Positions 8,891-18,208 of a stretch of 64,000 bases of DNA are shown piece by piece. Origin of the DNA: an uncultured Gammaproteobacteria bacterium (GTDB lineage: Bacteria; Patescibacteriota; Patescibacteriia; Patescibacteriales; UBA12465); assembly GCA_964539545.1 (NCBI GenBank), contig CAZIJG010000001.1, positions 11,083 through 75,082 of the forward strand. The letters run 5' to 3'. A model generated the notes under the pieces. It searched no databases, was not told where the DNA came from, and was given only the letters and a program-made list of their open reading frames with translations. The first letter of the stretch is position 1. Each line of letters opens with the position of its first letter. Position numbers and translations under genes: made by a program.

Positions 8891-9898
8891 ATGAATTTAG
8901 GAAATATAAAAATAGCTTTAGAAGGTCAACCAAAATTTCGTGTTAACCAAGTTTTCACGGCTGTTTTTAGCGACCTAATTTCTAATTGGAACGATAGTAC
9001 AACTCTACCTTTAGCTTTGAGAGAAATCTTAAACACCGAATGCCCATTAGAAATTCAGGCCGAGACATTTGAATCAAAGGGTAGTGATACTGTTAAAGCT
9101 TTAATTACTCTTCATGATGACGCAAAGATTGAAACAGTTTTAATGAGACATAGAGATGGTCGGGCTACGGTATGTGTTTCCTCTCAGGTTGGATGTCCTC
9201 TGGGTTGCAAATTTTGCGCTACCGGTGCAATGGGATATAAAAGGAACCTAGAAGTCAGTGAAATTATTGAACAAGTTTTATTTTGGCAACGTTATCTACA
9301 TAGGCGAGATAGAGGACCAGAAAAAGTTACCAATGTAGTATATATGGGAATGGGTGAGCCGTTTTTAAATTATGATAACGTCATGGAGTCAATAAGATTA
9401 ATTAATGATAAAAGTAGATTTAATATTGGAGCCAGACATATCTCAGTTTCTACCAGTGGTCTAGTTAAAGAAATCAATAAATTTGCTAAGGAAAAAATGC
9501 AAATTAACTTGGCTATTTCATTACATGCTCCAAATGATAAATTACGTTCAGAATTAATGCCTATAAATAAGAAATATTTGTTAACTGAATTAATGACTGC
9601 AATAAAAATATATGTAGAAGATAGCTCTAGACGAGTTATGTTCGAATATTTAATGATAGACGGAATAAATGATAGCGAATATCACGCTAAAGAACTAGTT
9701 AGGCTCATGAATCATCCATTATATGTAGTAAATTTAATCCGCTATAACTCAACTGGAAAATTTAAGCCATCAACTGCACGAGCAATAGATAAATTTAAAA
9801 ATATTTTAATGAGAGCTGGCATTAGAGTAACTCAACGTCATAGTTTTGGTCTAGATATAGACGCTGCTTGTGGGCAGTTGGCTGGAAAAAAGAAATAA
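8891..9898 (+). CDS. rlmN: 23S rRNA/tRNA (adenine-C2)-methyltransferase RlmN (radical SAM)
   Basis: CVSSQVGCPLGCKFCATG radical-SAM cluster motif and RlmN/Cfr-like overall layout. Confidence 0.9.
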   Translation: MNLGNIKIALEGQPKFRVNQVFTAVFSDLISNWNDSTTLPLALREILNTECPLEIQAETFESKGSDTVKALITLHDDAKIETVLMRHRDGRATVCVSSQVGCPLGCKFCATGAMGYKRNLEVSEIIEQVLFWQRYLHRRDRGPEKVTNVVYMGMGEPFLNYDNVMESIRLINDKSRFNIGARHISVSTSGLVKEINKFAKEKMQINLAISLHAPNDKLRSELMPINKKYLLTELMTAIKIYVEDSSRRVMFEYLMIDGINDSEYHAKELVRLMNHPLYVVNLIRYNSTGKFKPSTARAIDKFKNILMRAGIRVTQRHSFGLDIDAACGQLAGKKK

Positions 9899-10021
9899 AA
9901 ACAAAAATTAAATTATTTTAAGAACAGCAAGCGAAAGTTTGGTGTTTTTTATTAGCTTTTCAGGTATTTTCTATTATGATAAACTAGAGGTAGTTCTATT
10001 TTAAAATAGACTCAAATCCAT

Positions 10022-10573
10022 ATGAAAACAAAGTATATTCTACACGGCGGTTATGCCGAAGTAAAAAATGATAAGAATAATAAATTTTTTAAAGAGATTC
10101 TAGACACTGACAAGAAAGAATTGTCTATTCTTTTAGTGCTTTTCGCCAGAGAAGATTCTAAATATGCTAAAATATCTAAGCCGATTATAGATCAATTTAA
10201 TACTAATAACGTAGATAAAGTTTTAAATTTTGAAATTGCTGATAAGCGGATTTTTGTTGAACAAATAAAAAGAGCAGATGTTGTCTATTTACGTGGAGGA
10301 GAAACTCTAAAATTACTCCATGCCCTAAAGGCCTGTGAAAATTTTGCAGAGTTGATAAAAGGAAAAACTGTAGCCGGAGAATCTGCTGGAGCGTATGTTT
10401 TATCTACCTTTTTTTATTCTAAATCATTAGAAAAATTTCTCGCAGGCCTGCGTTTAGTGCCAGTAAAGACTATTTGTCATTATATCGGCAAGAATAGAGA
10501 TAAATTGAGCGATTGCCCGACAGATGTAGATGAGCTGCTATTAAAGGATTATGAATATAAATGTTTTAATTAA
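10022..10573 (+). CDS. Peptidase S51 (peptidase E-like) family protein
   Basis: LRGGETLKLL and the nucleophile-elbow-like GESAGAYV. Confidence 0.6.
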   Translation: MKTKYILHGGYAEVKNDKNNKFFKEILDTDKKELSILLVLFAREDSKYAKISKPIIDQFNTNNVDKVLNFEIADKRIFVEQIKRADVVYLRGGETLKLLHALKACENFAELIKGKTVAGESAGAYVLSTFFYSKSLEKFLAGLRLVPVKTICHYIGKNRDKLSDCPTDVDELLLKDYEYKCFN

Positions 10574-10575
10574 AG

Positions 10576-11133
10576 ATGGAAAAGAAAATAGAAATAGATA
10601 ATAAAGAGATAAAATATATAATAAAAAAGAGTGGACGAGCTAAGAGATTGCGATTAGCTGTGCATGGCGATTCTAGCGTGGTTATTACAATACCGAGAGG
10701 TATAACAGAGCGTACAGTAGAAAAGTTTTTACGAGAGAAAGCCGATTGGATATTAAAGAAAATTGAATATTTCAAAAATGTGAAACGTGATCCCGGCATG
10801 AAGTATAGCAAAAAGGACTATTTAAAAAATAAGGATAAAGCTAGAGAAATAATAGAAGAACGAGTTAAATATTTCAATCAAATATATAAATACAAATTCA
10901 ACAGGATATCTGTAAAAAATCAAAAAACAAGATGGGGAAGTTGTTCCAAGCAAGGAAATTTAAATTTTAATTACAAGATTATATATCTATCGGAAAAACA
11001 GCTAAACTACATCATTGTTCATGAACTATGTCATCTAAAAGAACTAAATCATTCCAGGAAGTTCTGGAATCTAGTAGCTAGAGTTCTGCCAGATTACCAA
11101 GACACGCGAAAAGGCCTAAGAGCCGTAAAATAA
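10576..11133 (+). CDS. YgjP-like (DUF45/M48-type) metal-dependent hydrolase
   Basis: HELCHLKELNHSRKFW zinc motif near the C-terminus, preceded by WGSC. Confidence 0.8.
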   Translation: MEKKIEIDNKEIKYIIKKSGRAKRLRLAVHGDSSVVITIPRGITERTVEKFLREKADWILKKIEYFKNVKRDPGMKYSKKDYLKNKDKAREIIEERVKYFNQIYKYKFNRISVKNQKTRWGSCSKQGNLNFNYKIIYLSEKQLNYIIVHELCHLKELNHSRKFWNLVARVLPDYQDTRKGLRAVK

Positions 11134-11153
11134 TAAATTATTAATAAAAATAT

Positions 11154-11468
11154 ATGACTATTACAACAGGAGAACAAATTCCAGGAAGAAAGATAACTCA
11201 AATTTTGGGCATTTCACGTGGTAGCACGGTGCGAGCACGTAATGTTGGACGAGATATTTTTGCTGGATTTAAAAATTTAGTTGGTGGTGAAATTAAAGAG
11301 TATACTAAATTGCAAGCGGAGGCTCGCGAACAAGCAATGCAACGCATGCAAGAAGATGCTAAAAAAATCGGAGCTGATGCTGTAATAAACGTACGGATAC
11401 ATACGTCAATGATCATGAAAAGTGCATCAGAGATGTTAGTCTACGGTACAGCTGTAAAGCTCAATTAA
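11154..11468 (+). CDS. YbjQ family (UPF0145) protein
   Basis: 104 aa with GGEIKEYTKLQAEAREQAMQRMQEDAKKIGADAVINVR, typical of YbjQ. Confidence 0.85.
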   Translation: MTITTGEQIPGRKITQILGISRGSTVRARNVGRDIFAGFKNLVGGEIKEYTKLQAEAREQAMQRMQEDAKKIGADAVINVRIHTSMIMKSASEMLVYGTAVKLN

Positions 11469-11481
11469 TATTACTAAATAT

Positions 11482-11601
11482 ATGGTGGAAGATATAATTT
11501 CATTCTCTTTTTTAGGTGTTTTTGTTATAATTATTATCTATCTAATTTTTCAAAGAATAAAAGAAAAGAAAAAAGAAGATTTTGAAGATAGAGACAATTA
11601 A
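11482..11601 (+). CDS. Possible 39-aa single-TM micro-protein
   Basis: ATG..TAA ORF not in the supplied track: MVEDIISFSFLGVFVIIIIYLIFQRIKEKKKEDFEDRDN. It fills the gap between neighbouring genes. No homology evidence. Confidence 0.25.
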   Translation: MVEDIISFSFLGVFVIIIIYLIFQRIKEKKKEDFEDRDN

Positions 11602-11613
11602 ACGAAGAGAAAT

Positions 11614-11829
11614 ATGGATATTTTTAATTTAATTCGAGCAGGCATTTTTTTAGTAGCTGGATTGTTGGTAATTCTTTTTCCTCGAACACTTCTTAAGTTC
11701 CAGGTTCGAATACTTAAAAAACTTCGTATTAAACATGATGTAGAAAAGGGGTTGAAATCTTATCCTAATGTTGGCGTGTTATTTATTATTATTTCAATTA
11801 TATTTTTAATATTTTCAATTATTAACTAA
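11614..11829 (+). CDS. Small two-TM hypothetical protein (71 aa)
   Basis: Two hydrophobic helices, same strand and tight spacing with neighbours. Confidence 0.4.
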   Translation: MDIFNLIRAGIFLVAGLLVILFPRTLLKFQVRILKKLRIKHDVEKGLKSYPNVGVLFIIISIIFLIFSIIN

Positions 11830-11839
11830 TTTTATCAAT

Positions 11840-12775
11840 ATGGATATCAACAAAGAAAATCATGCAGCAAAATTTACTTTTCTCTATGTGCTATCTTTGG
11901 TGGCCGTAGTTTTTGTAGCAATTTCTACTGGCATGATTATATTTCAAATCATTAATAAAAGTATAGTTGATATTATTAGCCAATATAGCGGTCAATATAC
12001 AGCCGAAAGTCTGAGGTTTGGTATTTCTGCCTTATTAATTTCTGCTCCTATTTTTTACATAACGACTCGTCAGATACACAGGAGTTTGTTTACAGGCGAT
12101 CTTAAAAAAGATTCAAATATAAGAAAGTGGCTAAGTTATCTCGTATTGTTGGTTTCTAGCGTAGTGGCAATTGTTTGGTTGATTATTACTCTAAATAATT
12201 TTCTAAACGGGGAATTGACCATCAAGTTTATTCTAAAAGCTATCACCGCTATTGGTATTTCTGCGATTATCTTTAGTTTTTACCTTTACGATATAAAGAG
12301 AGTGATAACCGTAGGAGTAAAAAATAAAGTAATTAAAACATATTTTTGGATCTCTCTAGTTTTGATTGGATTAACTTTCATCAGTGGGTTACTTTTCGTA
12401 GAATCTCCTCGTGAAGCTAGAAATGTAAGAATAGATGGAATAATTTTGAATAATTTTACTCAAATCGAAAATGGAATAAATAATTATTATAATGAATATG
12501 GGCAGTTACCAGAAAACCTAGATGCTTTGAATAGAGATATCTTTCTAGAAGATCAGAGTCTCTATGACCCAGAAACTAAAGAGTTAATAGAATATAAGAA
12601 AACTGGTGATACCAAGTATGAAATATGTGCTACTTTTAGAACAGCCAGTAACGACACTGAGCAATTACGATCCTTTAAACCCTATAGTGCCATGGAACAT
12701 GAGGCCGGTCACCAATGCTTAGAGCGCCAAGTTTACTCTAAAGACTCAGTCGAACTTAAACCAATAATTAGGTAA
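11840..12775 (+). CDS. DUF5671-like multi-TM protein with soluble C-terminal domain
   Basis: N-terminus AAKFTFLYVLSLVAVVFVAISTGMIIFQIINK resembles DUF5671 proteins, as recalled from memory. Four to five TM helices. Confidence 0.6.
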   Translation: MDINKENHAAKFTFLYVLSLVAVVFVAISTGMIIFQIINKSIVDIISQYSGQYTAESLRFGISALLISAPIFYITTRQIHRSLFTGDLKKDSNIRKWLSYLVLLVSSVVAIVWLIITLNNFLNGELTIKFILKAITAIGISAIIFSFYLYDIKRVITVGVKNKVIKTYFWISLVLIGLTFISGLLFVESPREARNVRIDGIILNNFTQIENGINNYYNEYGQLPENLDALNRDIFLEDQSLYDPETKELIEYKKTGDTKYEICATFRTASNDTEQLRSFKPYSAMEHEAGHQCLERQVYSKDSVELKPIIR

Positions 12776-12792
12776 TCAACATATAAATACAT

Positions 12793-13461
12793 ATGTCTAA
12801 AATATCTAGATTGAATAGCTATCATTTAGTTGATAATTTTCCTAAAGATATCTCAATATTTAGAAGAATATTGGGTAATATAATTTTCTTTATTTTCATT
12901 ACCAAAGTGACTAGACGTAAAAATCATCTTATTAAAGATGACTACGTTTCTTCCAAGGCATTGATAAAAAAGGGAGATATTATTTTAGTTGGAGGCTTTA
13001 GAGCTATTTCAGGTATATTTATGGGTAAATTTTTTACTCATTCCTTACTATATATAGGAGATAATAAATGTATTCATGCAGATGCTGATGGTGTAGATTT
13101 GCTTCCATTTGAAGAATTGTTTGGACAGTATGATTCTTTACTTATTTTGCGTCCTCAAATTAAAAATAATTATGAACAAACTATAGAAAAAGTAATTAAT
13201 CTTGCTGAACAACAGATTGGAAAAGCTTATAATTTTTATTTTGAAAGAAGAGAAGATCGCTACATATGCACTGAACTAATTGTTAGTGTTTTTAAGAAAA
13301 CAGGAGTCGATTTAGGAGTAGGCCCTAAGAAAAGAGATAAGAAAGATTGGTTTCGAGTTTTTTCACGAATCAAAAAAGCCATTAAAGCCGACGATTTTTT
13401 GAAAGGTAATCTTGAGATGATTTTTGTTTCTAGGAGAATAAAAAGGAAAATAAAGAGTTAG
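12793..13461 (+). CDS. YiiX-like permuted papain/NlpC-P60-fold protein
   Basis: KKGDIILV, His in THSLLYIG, and Cys in RYICTELI, in the permuted order typical of YiiX/DUF830. Confidence 0.6.
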   Translation: MSKISRLNSYHLVDNFPKDISIFRRILGNIIFFIFITKVTRRKNHLIKDDYVSSKALIKKGDIILVGGFRAISGIFMGKFFTHSLLYIGDNKCIHADADGVDLLPFEELFGQYDSLLILRPQIKNNYEQTIEKVINLAEQQIGKAYNFYFERREDRYICTELIVSVFKKTGVDLGVGPKKRDKKDWFRVFSRIKKAIKADDFLKGNLEMIFVSRRIKRKIKS

Positions 13462-13465
13462 AATA

Positions 13466-14356
13466 ATGACCATGCAAATACCTTCTCACCAAAACATGAC
13501 CAGCCAGTCTCCAATGTATATTTATGCTACAGAAATGGTTTCTAAATATTATAGTAAGCTCAATTTGAAAGATAAGAGAGTCCTGAGTATAACTGGTTCT
13601 GGCGATCAGATTATAAATGCTTATTTTTTTGGCGCCGATGAGGTAATTGGGTTCGATATCAATAAATACGCCGCTTTCATGCTAGAGCTCAAAGTGTCAG
13701 CTATTCTTAGGCTAAGTTATGCTGAATTTATTAAGTTTTTTGGTAAAGACATGGGAAACGGAACTCTAGAGTTTAGTCTATATAGTAAGTTGAAAGACAA
13801 CCTATCTTCTGATGCTAGAAGATTTTTTAATAAACTATATAAAGATTACAATAACAACGGTAAAAAATTAATTAAATCTAGTCGTTTCCGTCAACGTTCA
13901 ATGATAAACTCTTCCGCTGCAGAAATTAACATTTATTTAAGAAGCAAAAGAAACTATTTGAAGTGTAGAAGCATATTGCAAAACAAAAAACCACAATCTT
14001 TAGAATTAGATATAAATAATATAGCAGTTGATAAAAAACTACAGGGTAAATTTGATATTATAAATTTATCTAATGTAATCAACTATTTTACCGGTAATGT
14101 AGAGAGAGACCAAGTTTTAAAAGTTTTACTAAACGCCACTAAAAATATTAGTAAACGGCTAAAAAAAGATGGCATATTTTTCTATTATTCTTATTCACCT
14201 CGTTTATATTATTCCGGCGAACGTCAGACACCACCAGCTTCTCAATTGAGAATGATTGATCAGATAAAAACAATAAATAATTTTCAAGTAGTTCTAAAAA
14301 GGTTTACTGGCGTTAATCAACTCACTCAAGACAGAATAAATATATTTGGTAAATAA
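13466..14356 (+). CDS. DUF3419 (BtaA-like) SAM-binding family protein
   Basis: VLSITGSGDQIINAYFFGADEVIGFDINKYAAFMLELKVSAI and FDIINLSNVINYF match the DUF3419 pattern, as recalled from memory. Confidence 0.5.
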   Translation: MTMQIPSHQNMTSQSPMYIYATEMVSKYYSKLNLKDKRVLSITGSGDQIINAYFFGADEVIGFDINKYAAFMLELKVSAILRLSYAEFIKFFGKDMGNGTLEFSLYSKLKDNLSSDARRFFNKLYKDYNNNGKKLIKSSRFRQRSMINSSAAEINIYLRSKRNYLKCRSILQNKKPQSLELDINNIAVDKKLQGKFDIINLSNVINYFTGNVERDQVLKVLLNATKNISKRLKKDGIFFYYSYSPRLYYSGERQTPPASQLRMIDQIKTINNFQVVLKRFTGVNQLTQDRINIFGK

Positions 14357-14469
14357 TCTTCTATTATTAACATTTTAGTCAGGTTTTAAAGAGCCTGTTT
14401 TTCTTTTATTAGCCCTTTTCAGAGACTAAAATCCATGTTAAACTAATATACATAATTCTATAATACTCT

Positions 14470-15699
14470 ATGAAAAAATTAATATCCTCTAAATATCTAA
14501 TGACTATTATTGTAGTGATAGTCGCCACTTCTTTTTTTCTAATATTTAATAGCAATACCGTTAGCTCTAATGAAGCCAGTCCTGGCTTAGGGTCTGCTTT
14601 GGTTAAAGAAGAGCCTAAAGATAGACAAGAATATGTAGAAATAGTGTCTGGATCCACCTACGGAAAATTAATGAGTGAAACTGGCATGACCAATGAGATT
14701 TCTACGGCTATATACAATGCTAGTGTAGATCAATATGATTTGGCTCAGATTAAAGTTGGCCATAATATAGAATTAATTTATGACAAAGATACTGATGAAT
14801 TAAAGCAATTGATCTATAAAATAAATTCTGAAGATGAGCTAATAGTGGACAGGGAAGTCGTGAATGAAAATACAGTTTGGATAGCAGAAGTTTCAGTTAT
14901 TAATTATGAGATAAGAACCATCATAAAAGAGGCTAGGGTTGCGAGTTCGGTATATCAAGCAGCTTTAGATAATGACATTGATGAAAGAGCAATTATAGAA
15001 CTGGCCAATGCTTTTCAATGGTCTATTGATTTTGCCATGGACACCAGAGTTGATGATACTTTTAAATTTATCTATGAAGAAAGATACTTAGACGGGGAGT
15101 ATGTAATGCCTGGTCAAGTCTATGCCGGTAAATATGTAAACGCTGGCGAAGTTTATGAGGTATACTATTTCGAAGAAAATGAAGAGAATAAAGGTTATTT
15201 TGATAGAGAAGGTAATTCAGTACAAAAAATGTTCCTAAAGGCGCCCTTATCATTTAAATATATTTCTTCCGGTTTTACTACGGGTTTACGTTATATTGAG
15301 GCTTTTAATGTTTCTACCGGTCACCGAGCTATAGATTATGCAGCTGCTTATGGCACGCCGATTCGATCAGTTGGAGATGGAACTGTAGTTTCCGCTGGTT
15401 GGGGTGGTAGTTATGGAAATCTAATTAAAATCAGACATAATGGCACCTATAGCACGAATTATGCGCATTTATCTAGATTTGCGGTTAATAGTGGACAAAA
15501 GATAAAACAAGGCGACATTATTGGTTATGTGGGCTCCACGGGGTTTTCTACGGGTCCTCATCTTCACTATGAAATGGTGAAGAATGGAATAAAGATTAAC
15601 CCACTCAGAGAGGTCTTGCCACCGGGTGAGCCTATAGAGGAAGAAAATAAAGATAGATTTTTTGAAAACATAAAAAAATGGCAGGAAAGATTAAAATAA
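14470..15699 (+). CDS. M23 family metallopeptidase
   Basis: GHRAIDYAA...GDGTVV...GSTGFSTGPHLHYEM. N-terminal TM/signal segment. Confidence 0.85.
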   Translation: MKKLISSKYLMTIIVVIVATSFFLIFNSNTVSSNEASPGLGSALVKEEPKDRQEYVEIVSGSTYGKLMSETGMTNEISTAIYNASVDQYDLAQIKVGHNIELIYDKDTDELKQLIYKINSEDELIVDREVVNENTVWIAEVSVINYEIRTIIKEARVASSVYQAALDNDIDERAIIELANAFQWSIDFAMDTRVDDTFKFIYEERYLDGEYVMPGQVYAGKYVNAGEVYEVYYFEENEENKGYFDREGNSVQKMFLKAPLSFKYISSGFTTGLRYIEAFNVSTGHRAIDYAAAYGTPIRSVGDGTVVSAGWGGSYGNLIKIRHNGTYSTNYAHLSRFAVNSGQKIKQGDIIGYVGSTGFSTGPHLHYEMVKNGIKINPLREVLPPGEPIEEENKDRFFENIKKWQERLK

Positions 15700-15712
15700 C
15701 CTATTAAAATAA

Positions 15713-15745
15713 GAAAAAAGCGCTAATTACATAGCGCTTTCAATA
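15713..15745. terminator. Bidirectional terminator between convergent genes
   Basis: agcgct/agcgct stem (15719-15724/15733-15738) flanked by an A-run and a T-run. Confidence 0.65.
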
Positions 15746-15748
15746 TTT

Positions 15749-16804
15749 TTAAATAAACTCTTTTTGAGCTTCCTTCATTACCAATATCAACTGTTGAGCT
15801 ATTACCTTTCCCATGGAAGCATGGCCAACTCTACCCCCAGTACTTTTTTCGTAACCACGGGGAATTGTATTACCCAGGATCGCTAAATCGAAAGGGTTGC
15901 TATCAACAAATTTCCGTTTCCACCCTCTAACACAAACCGGATGAGTGGCAAAGAAAATAAGTTTAGCAGCCCTATCATTTTTTAGCTTCCAACCAGCCAA
16001 AACAGCTGTTCCTCCACTGGAAAGTTCATCTTCTCTAACAATGATAGTGGCTCCTTTCACATGCTTCGGCTCTGCGGCAGTTAGCTTAGTTTGATATTTT
16101 TCTTCTAACTCTTTTAGCTTGTCATCATCCTGTACGCTGGTCACTGTACCATCATTACTTCTGTTTTTTAAATCAACTAGAACAGAGATGTTTAGTATTT
16201 TTGCAAGTTCCAAAGCTCTAGAAATAGATCCTTCATCAGGGGAATATACCCAGACTTTATTTTTTGTACCTGACAAACTTTCTAATTCAGTCTTAGCTAT
16301 TTTAGCAAAAACAGGCGCTGGCGATACATTATAAGCCTTTAGCCCAACTTTCTCACAATTTTCCAAGCTAGTCTTTGAATGTATGTCGCAAAAAATTACC
16401 TGATCAACTCCGTGGAATTTAATATTATGTGCCAACATTAAATTACGATTAATCTCATGTTTCTTTTCTTTGCGATCTTGCCTTCTAAATCTAATAAAGG
16501 GCAATACAGCAATGACGTGCTTAGCTTTATACTGTTCTTTAGCAGCCCAAGCCAAGGTTAAAAATTGTTCTTGTAACACAGGTGTATACATACTCTGTAT
16601 TAAAATCACAATTTTGTCTTTGATAATTTCTGGATTTTGAATTTTAAAATCCGGTTCTCCATCACCAAATTTATCAAAATCGATATGATTGAAACTCAAC
16701 TTAATTCCGGTACCGGTAACAGTTTTTATCCAATCAATAATTTCAATACTCAAAGCGTGGTTTCCAGTCCCACCAATAACAACAAAATTTTCCCCTATAA
16801 TCAT
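15749..16804 (-). CDS. Ribose-phosphate pyrophosphokinase family protein (divergent, with insertion)
   Basis: FIRFRRQDRK (compare YARQDRK) and VREDELSSGGTAV (compare VDDMIDTGGT). Extra segment of about 25 aa: SVQDDDKLKELEEKYQTKLTAAEPKH. Confidence 0.7.
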   Translation of the reverse strand: MIIGENFVVIGGTGNHALSIEIIDWIKTVTGTGIKLSFNHIDFDKFGDGEPDFKIQNPEIIKDKIVILIQSMYTPVLQEQFLTLAWAAKEQYKAKHVIAVLPFIRFRRQDRKEKKHEINRNLMLAHNIKFHGVDQVIFCDIHSKTSLENCEKVGLKAYNVSPAPVFAKIAKTELESLSGTKNKVWVYSPDEGSISRALELAKILNISVLVDLKNRSNDGTVTSVQDDDKLKELEEKYQTKLTAAEPKHVKGATIIVREDELSSGGTAVLAGWKLKNDRAAKLIFFATHPVCVRGWKRKFVDSNPFDLAILGNTIPRGYEKSTGGRVGHASMGKVIAQQLILVMKEAQKEFI

Positions 16805-16893
16805 ATTTCTTGTTTATTTAGTTATATTTTAAAGATCTGTCTAATTATTTCAATATACGATATTATAATATGCTTGTCAATCTGAGCTTTAAT

Positions 16894-16924
16894 AAAAAAA
16901 GACACCAATGTTCGGTGTTTTTTC
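16894..16924 (-). terminator. Terminator after the 16942-17334 gene
   Basis: acacc/ggtgt stem flanked by A7 and T6. Confidence 0.6.
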
Positions 16925-16941
16925 CTATTAGGCCGAGTAAA

Positions 16942-17334
16942 CTATTTTATCAAATCCATAACATCCATATAAACGCCATAAATCAAAGCCAGGGCAGATA
17001 AAATAAATATTGCAATATAGTTCCATTTAGCCAGGCTAGTCTTTAATCCCTTAAGAATATATACTAAAGCATTTTTTTCGTCTGGAGTTAGATTTTGTCC
17101 TTCTTCAACCTTTCTGGCTAATTCCAATTGTTCAATTAGTAGGTCTCTGCGGTTTTCGACTCGCCAACGATGAATGAAATACCAAACAAAACCAATTGTA
17201 CCGATATACCAAGAAATTTCTACCCAGGTAGAGCTATAATTATTTAAAATAATGATTATTCTATAGGCAATTGTTGCAATAATACCTAATAGAAACAACC
17301 AAATTCTATAAATTTTGTGATTTAATTTTGGCAT
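16942..17334 (-). CDS. Hypothetical membrane protein
   Basis: Three hydrophobic helices plus an amphipathic linker. No family recognised. Confidence 0.5.
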   Translation of the reverse strand: MPKLNHKIYRIWLFLLGIIATIAYRIIIILNNYSSTWVEISWYIGTIGFVWYFIHRWRVENRRDLLIEQLELARKVEEGQNLTPDEKNALVYILKGLKTSLAKWNYIAIFILSALALIYGVYMDVMDLIK

Positions 17335-17373
17335 ATGTGCATTATAACATACAATCTATGATATAATTAGATC

Positions 17374-18144
17374 ATGTTAAAAATTTTCAGTAAGGACAAC
17401 GAAAAAATAAAGCATCTAAAAAACTTGGCTAAAAAAAAGTATCGAGATGATTCGGATCAATTTTTAGTAGAGAACGCCACTATCATTTATGATGCTTTAA
17501 TAGCTGGTCATAAACCAGAATCTTTGTTTGTTACAAATGAAATGCTAGAATCAGACAACAGACGAGTTAATTATGTTATTAAACAAATAAAAAATGTTTT
17601 TGTAATAAATAATCAGATAAATAAACATTTTTCCTCTCTAAGTACTCCCTCTGGTATTGCTGCTATATATAATAAACCTGAGGCGCGATTAGATAATACA
17701 ACAGTTATTTATTTAAATACAGTTAGCGATCCTGGTAATTTAGGAGCAATTTTTAGAAGTGCCTTGGCTTTCGATATTAAAAATGTAGTAGTAGATGAGA
17801 ATTGTGTTGATGTCTATAATCCTAAAACTATTTCAGCGGCTAGAGAATCAATTTTTAAACTAAACATTTCTCTAGATAAAGATTTAAAACTATTTAAAAA
17901 AATTAAAAAACAAATGCCGGTGTTTGCTACTAGTCTAGAAGGTAAAGATAATTTAGAGGCTGTACTGAAGAATAATAAGTATTGTTTAGTGTTCGGAAAT
18001 GAAGCTAATGGTGTAGATAAAAAAATACTATCTGAATCAGACGGTCAAATTAAAATAGCTATGACAGAGAATATAGAATCTTTAAATGTAGCTATCTCAG
18101 CTGGAATAATTTTTTATCAAATTTATAATTCAAAAAAAAAGTAA
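17374..18144 (+). CDS. TrmH/SpoU family RNA 2'-O-methyltransferase
   Basis: DPGNLGAIFRSALAF, LVFGNEANGV and ESLNVAISAGIIFY (SPOUT motifs). Confidence 0.85.
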   Translation: MLKIFSKDNEKIKHLKNLAKKKYRDDSDQFLVENATIIYDALIAGHKPESLFVTNEMLESDNRRVNYVIKQIKNVFVINNQINKHFSSLSTPSGIAAIYNKPEARLDNTTVIYLNTVSDPGNLGAIFRSALAFDIKNVVVDENCVDVYNPKTISAARESIFKLNISLDKDLKLFKKIKKQMPVFATSLEGKDNLEAVLKNNKYCLVFGNEANGVDKKILSESDGQIKIAMTENIESLNVAISAGIIFYQIYNSKKK

Positions 18145-18165
18145 ACAAATATAGTTAGTAATATC

Positions 18166-18203
18166 AAAAAACCAGGAAACAATCCTGGTTTTTTTATTTT
18201 TTT
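18166..18203. terminator. Bidirectional terminator
   Basis: accagga/tcctggt 7-bp stem with a 6-nt loop, A-run upstream and long T-run downstream. Confidence 0.75.
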
Positions 18204-18208
18204 AATTG

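Noticed and set aside
11704-11712. A GGTTCGAAT string resembling a tRNA T-loop.
   Set aside because: The flanking bases cannot form the T-stem (ccagg ... actta), no acceptor or anticodon arms are present, and it lies inside a plausible small ORF.
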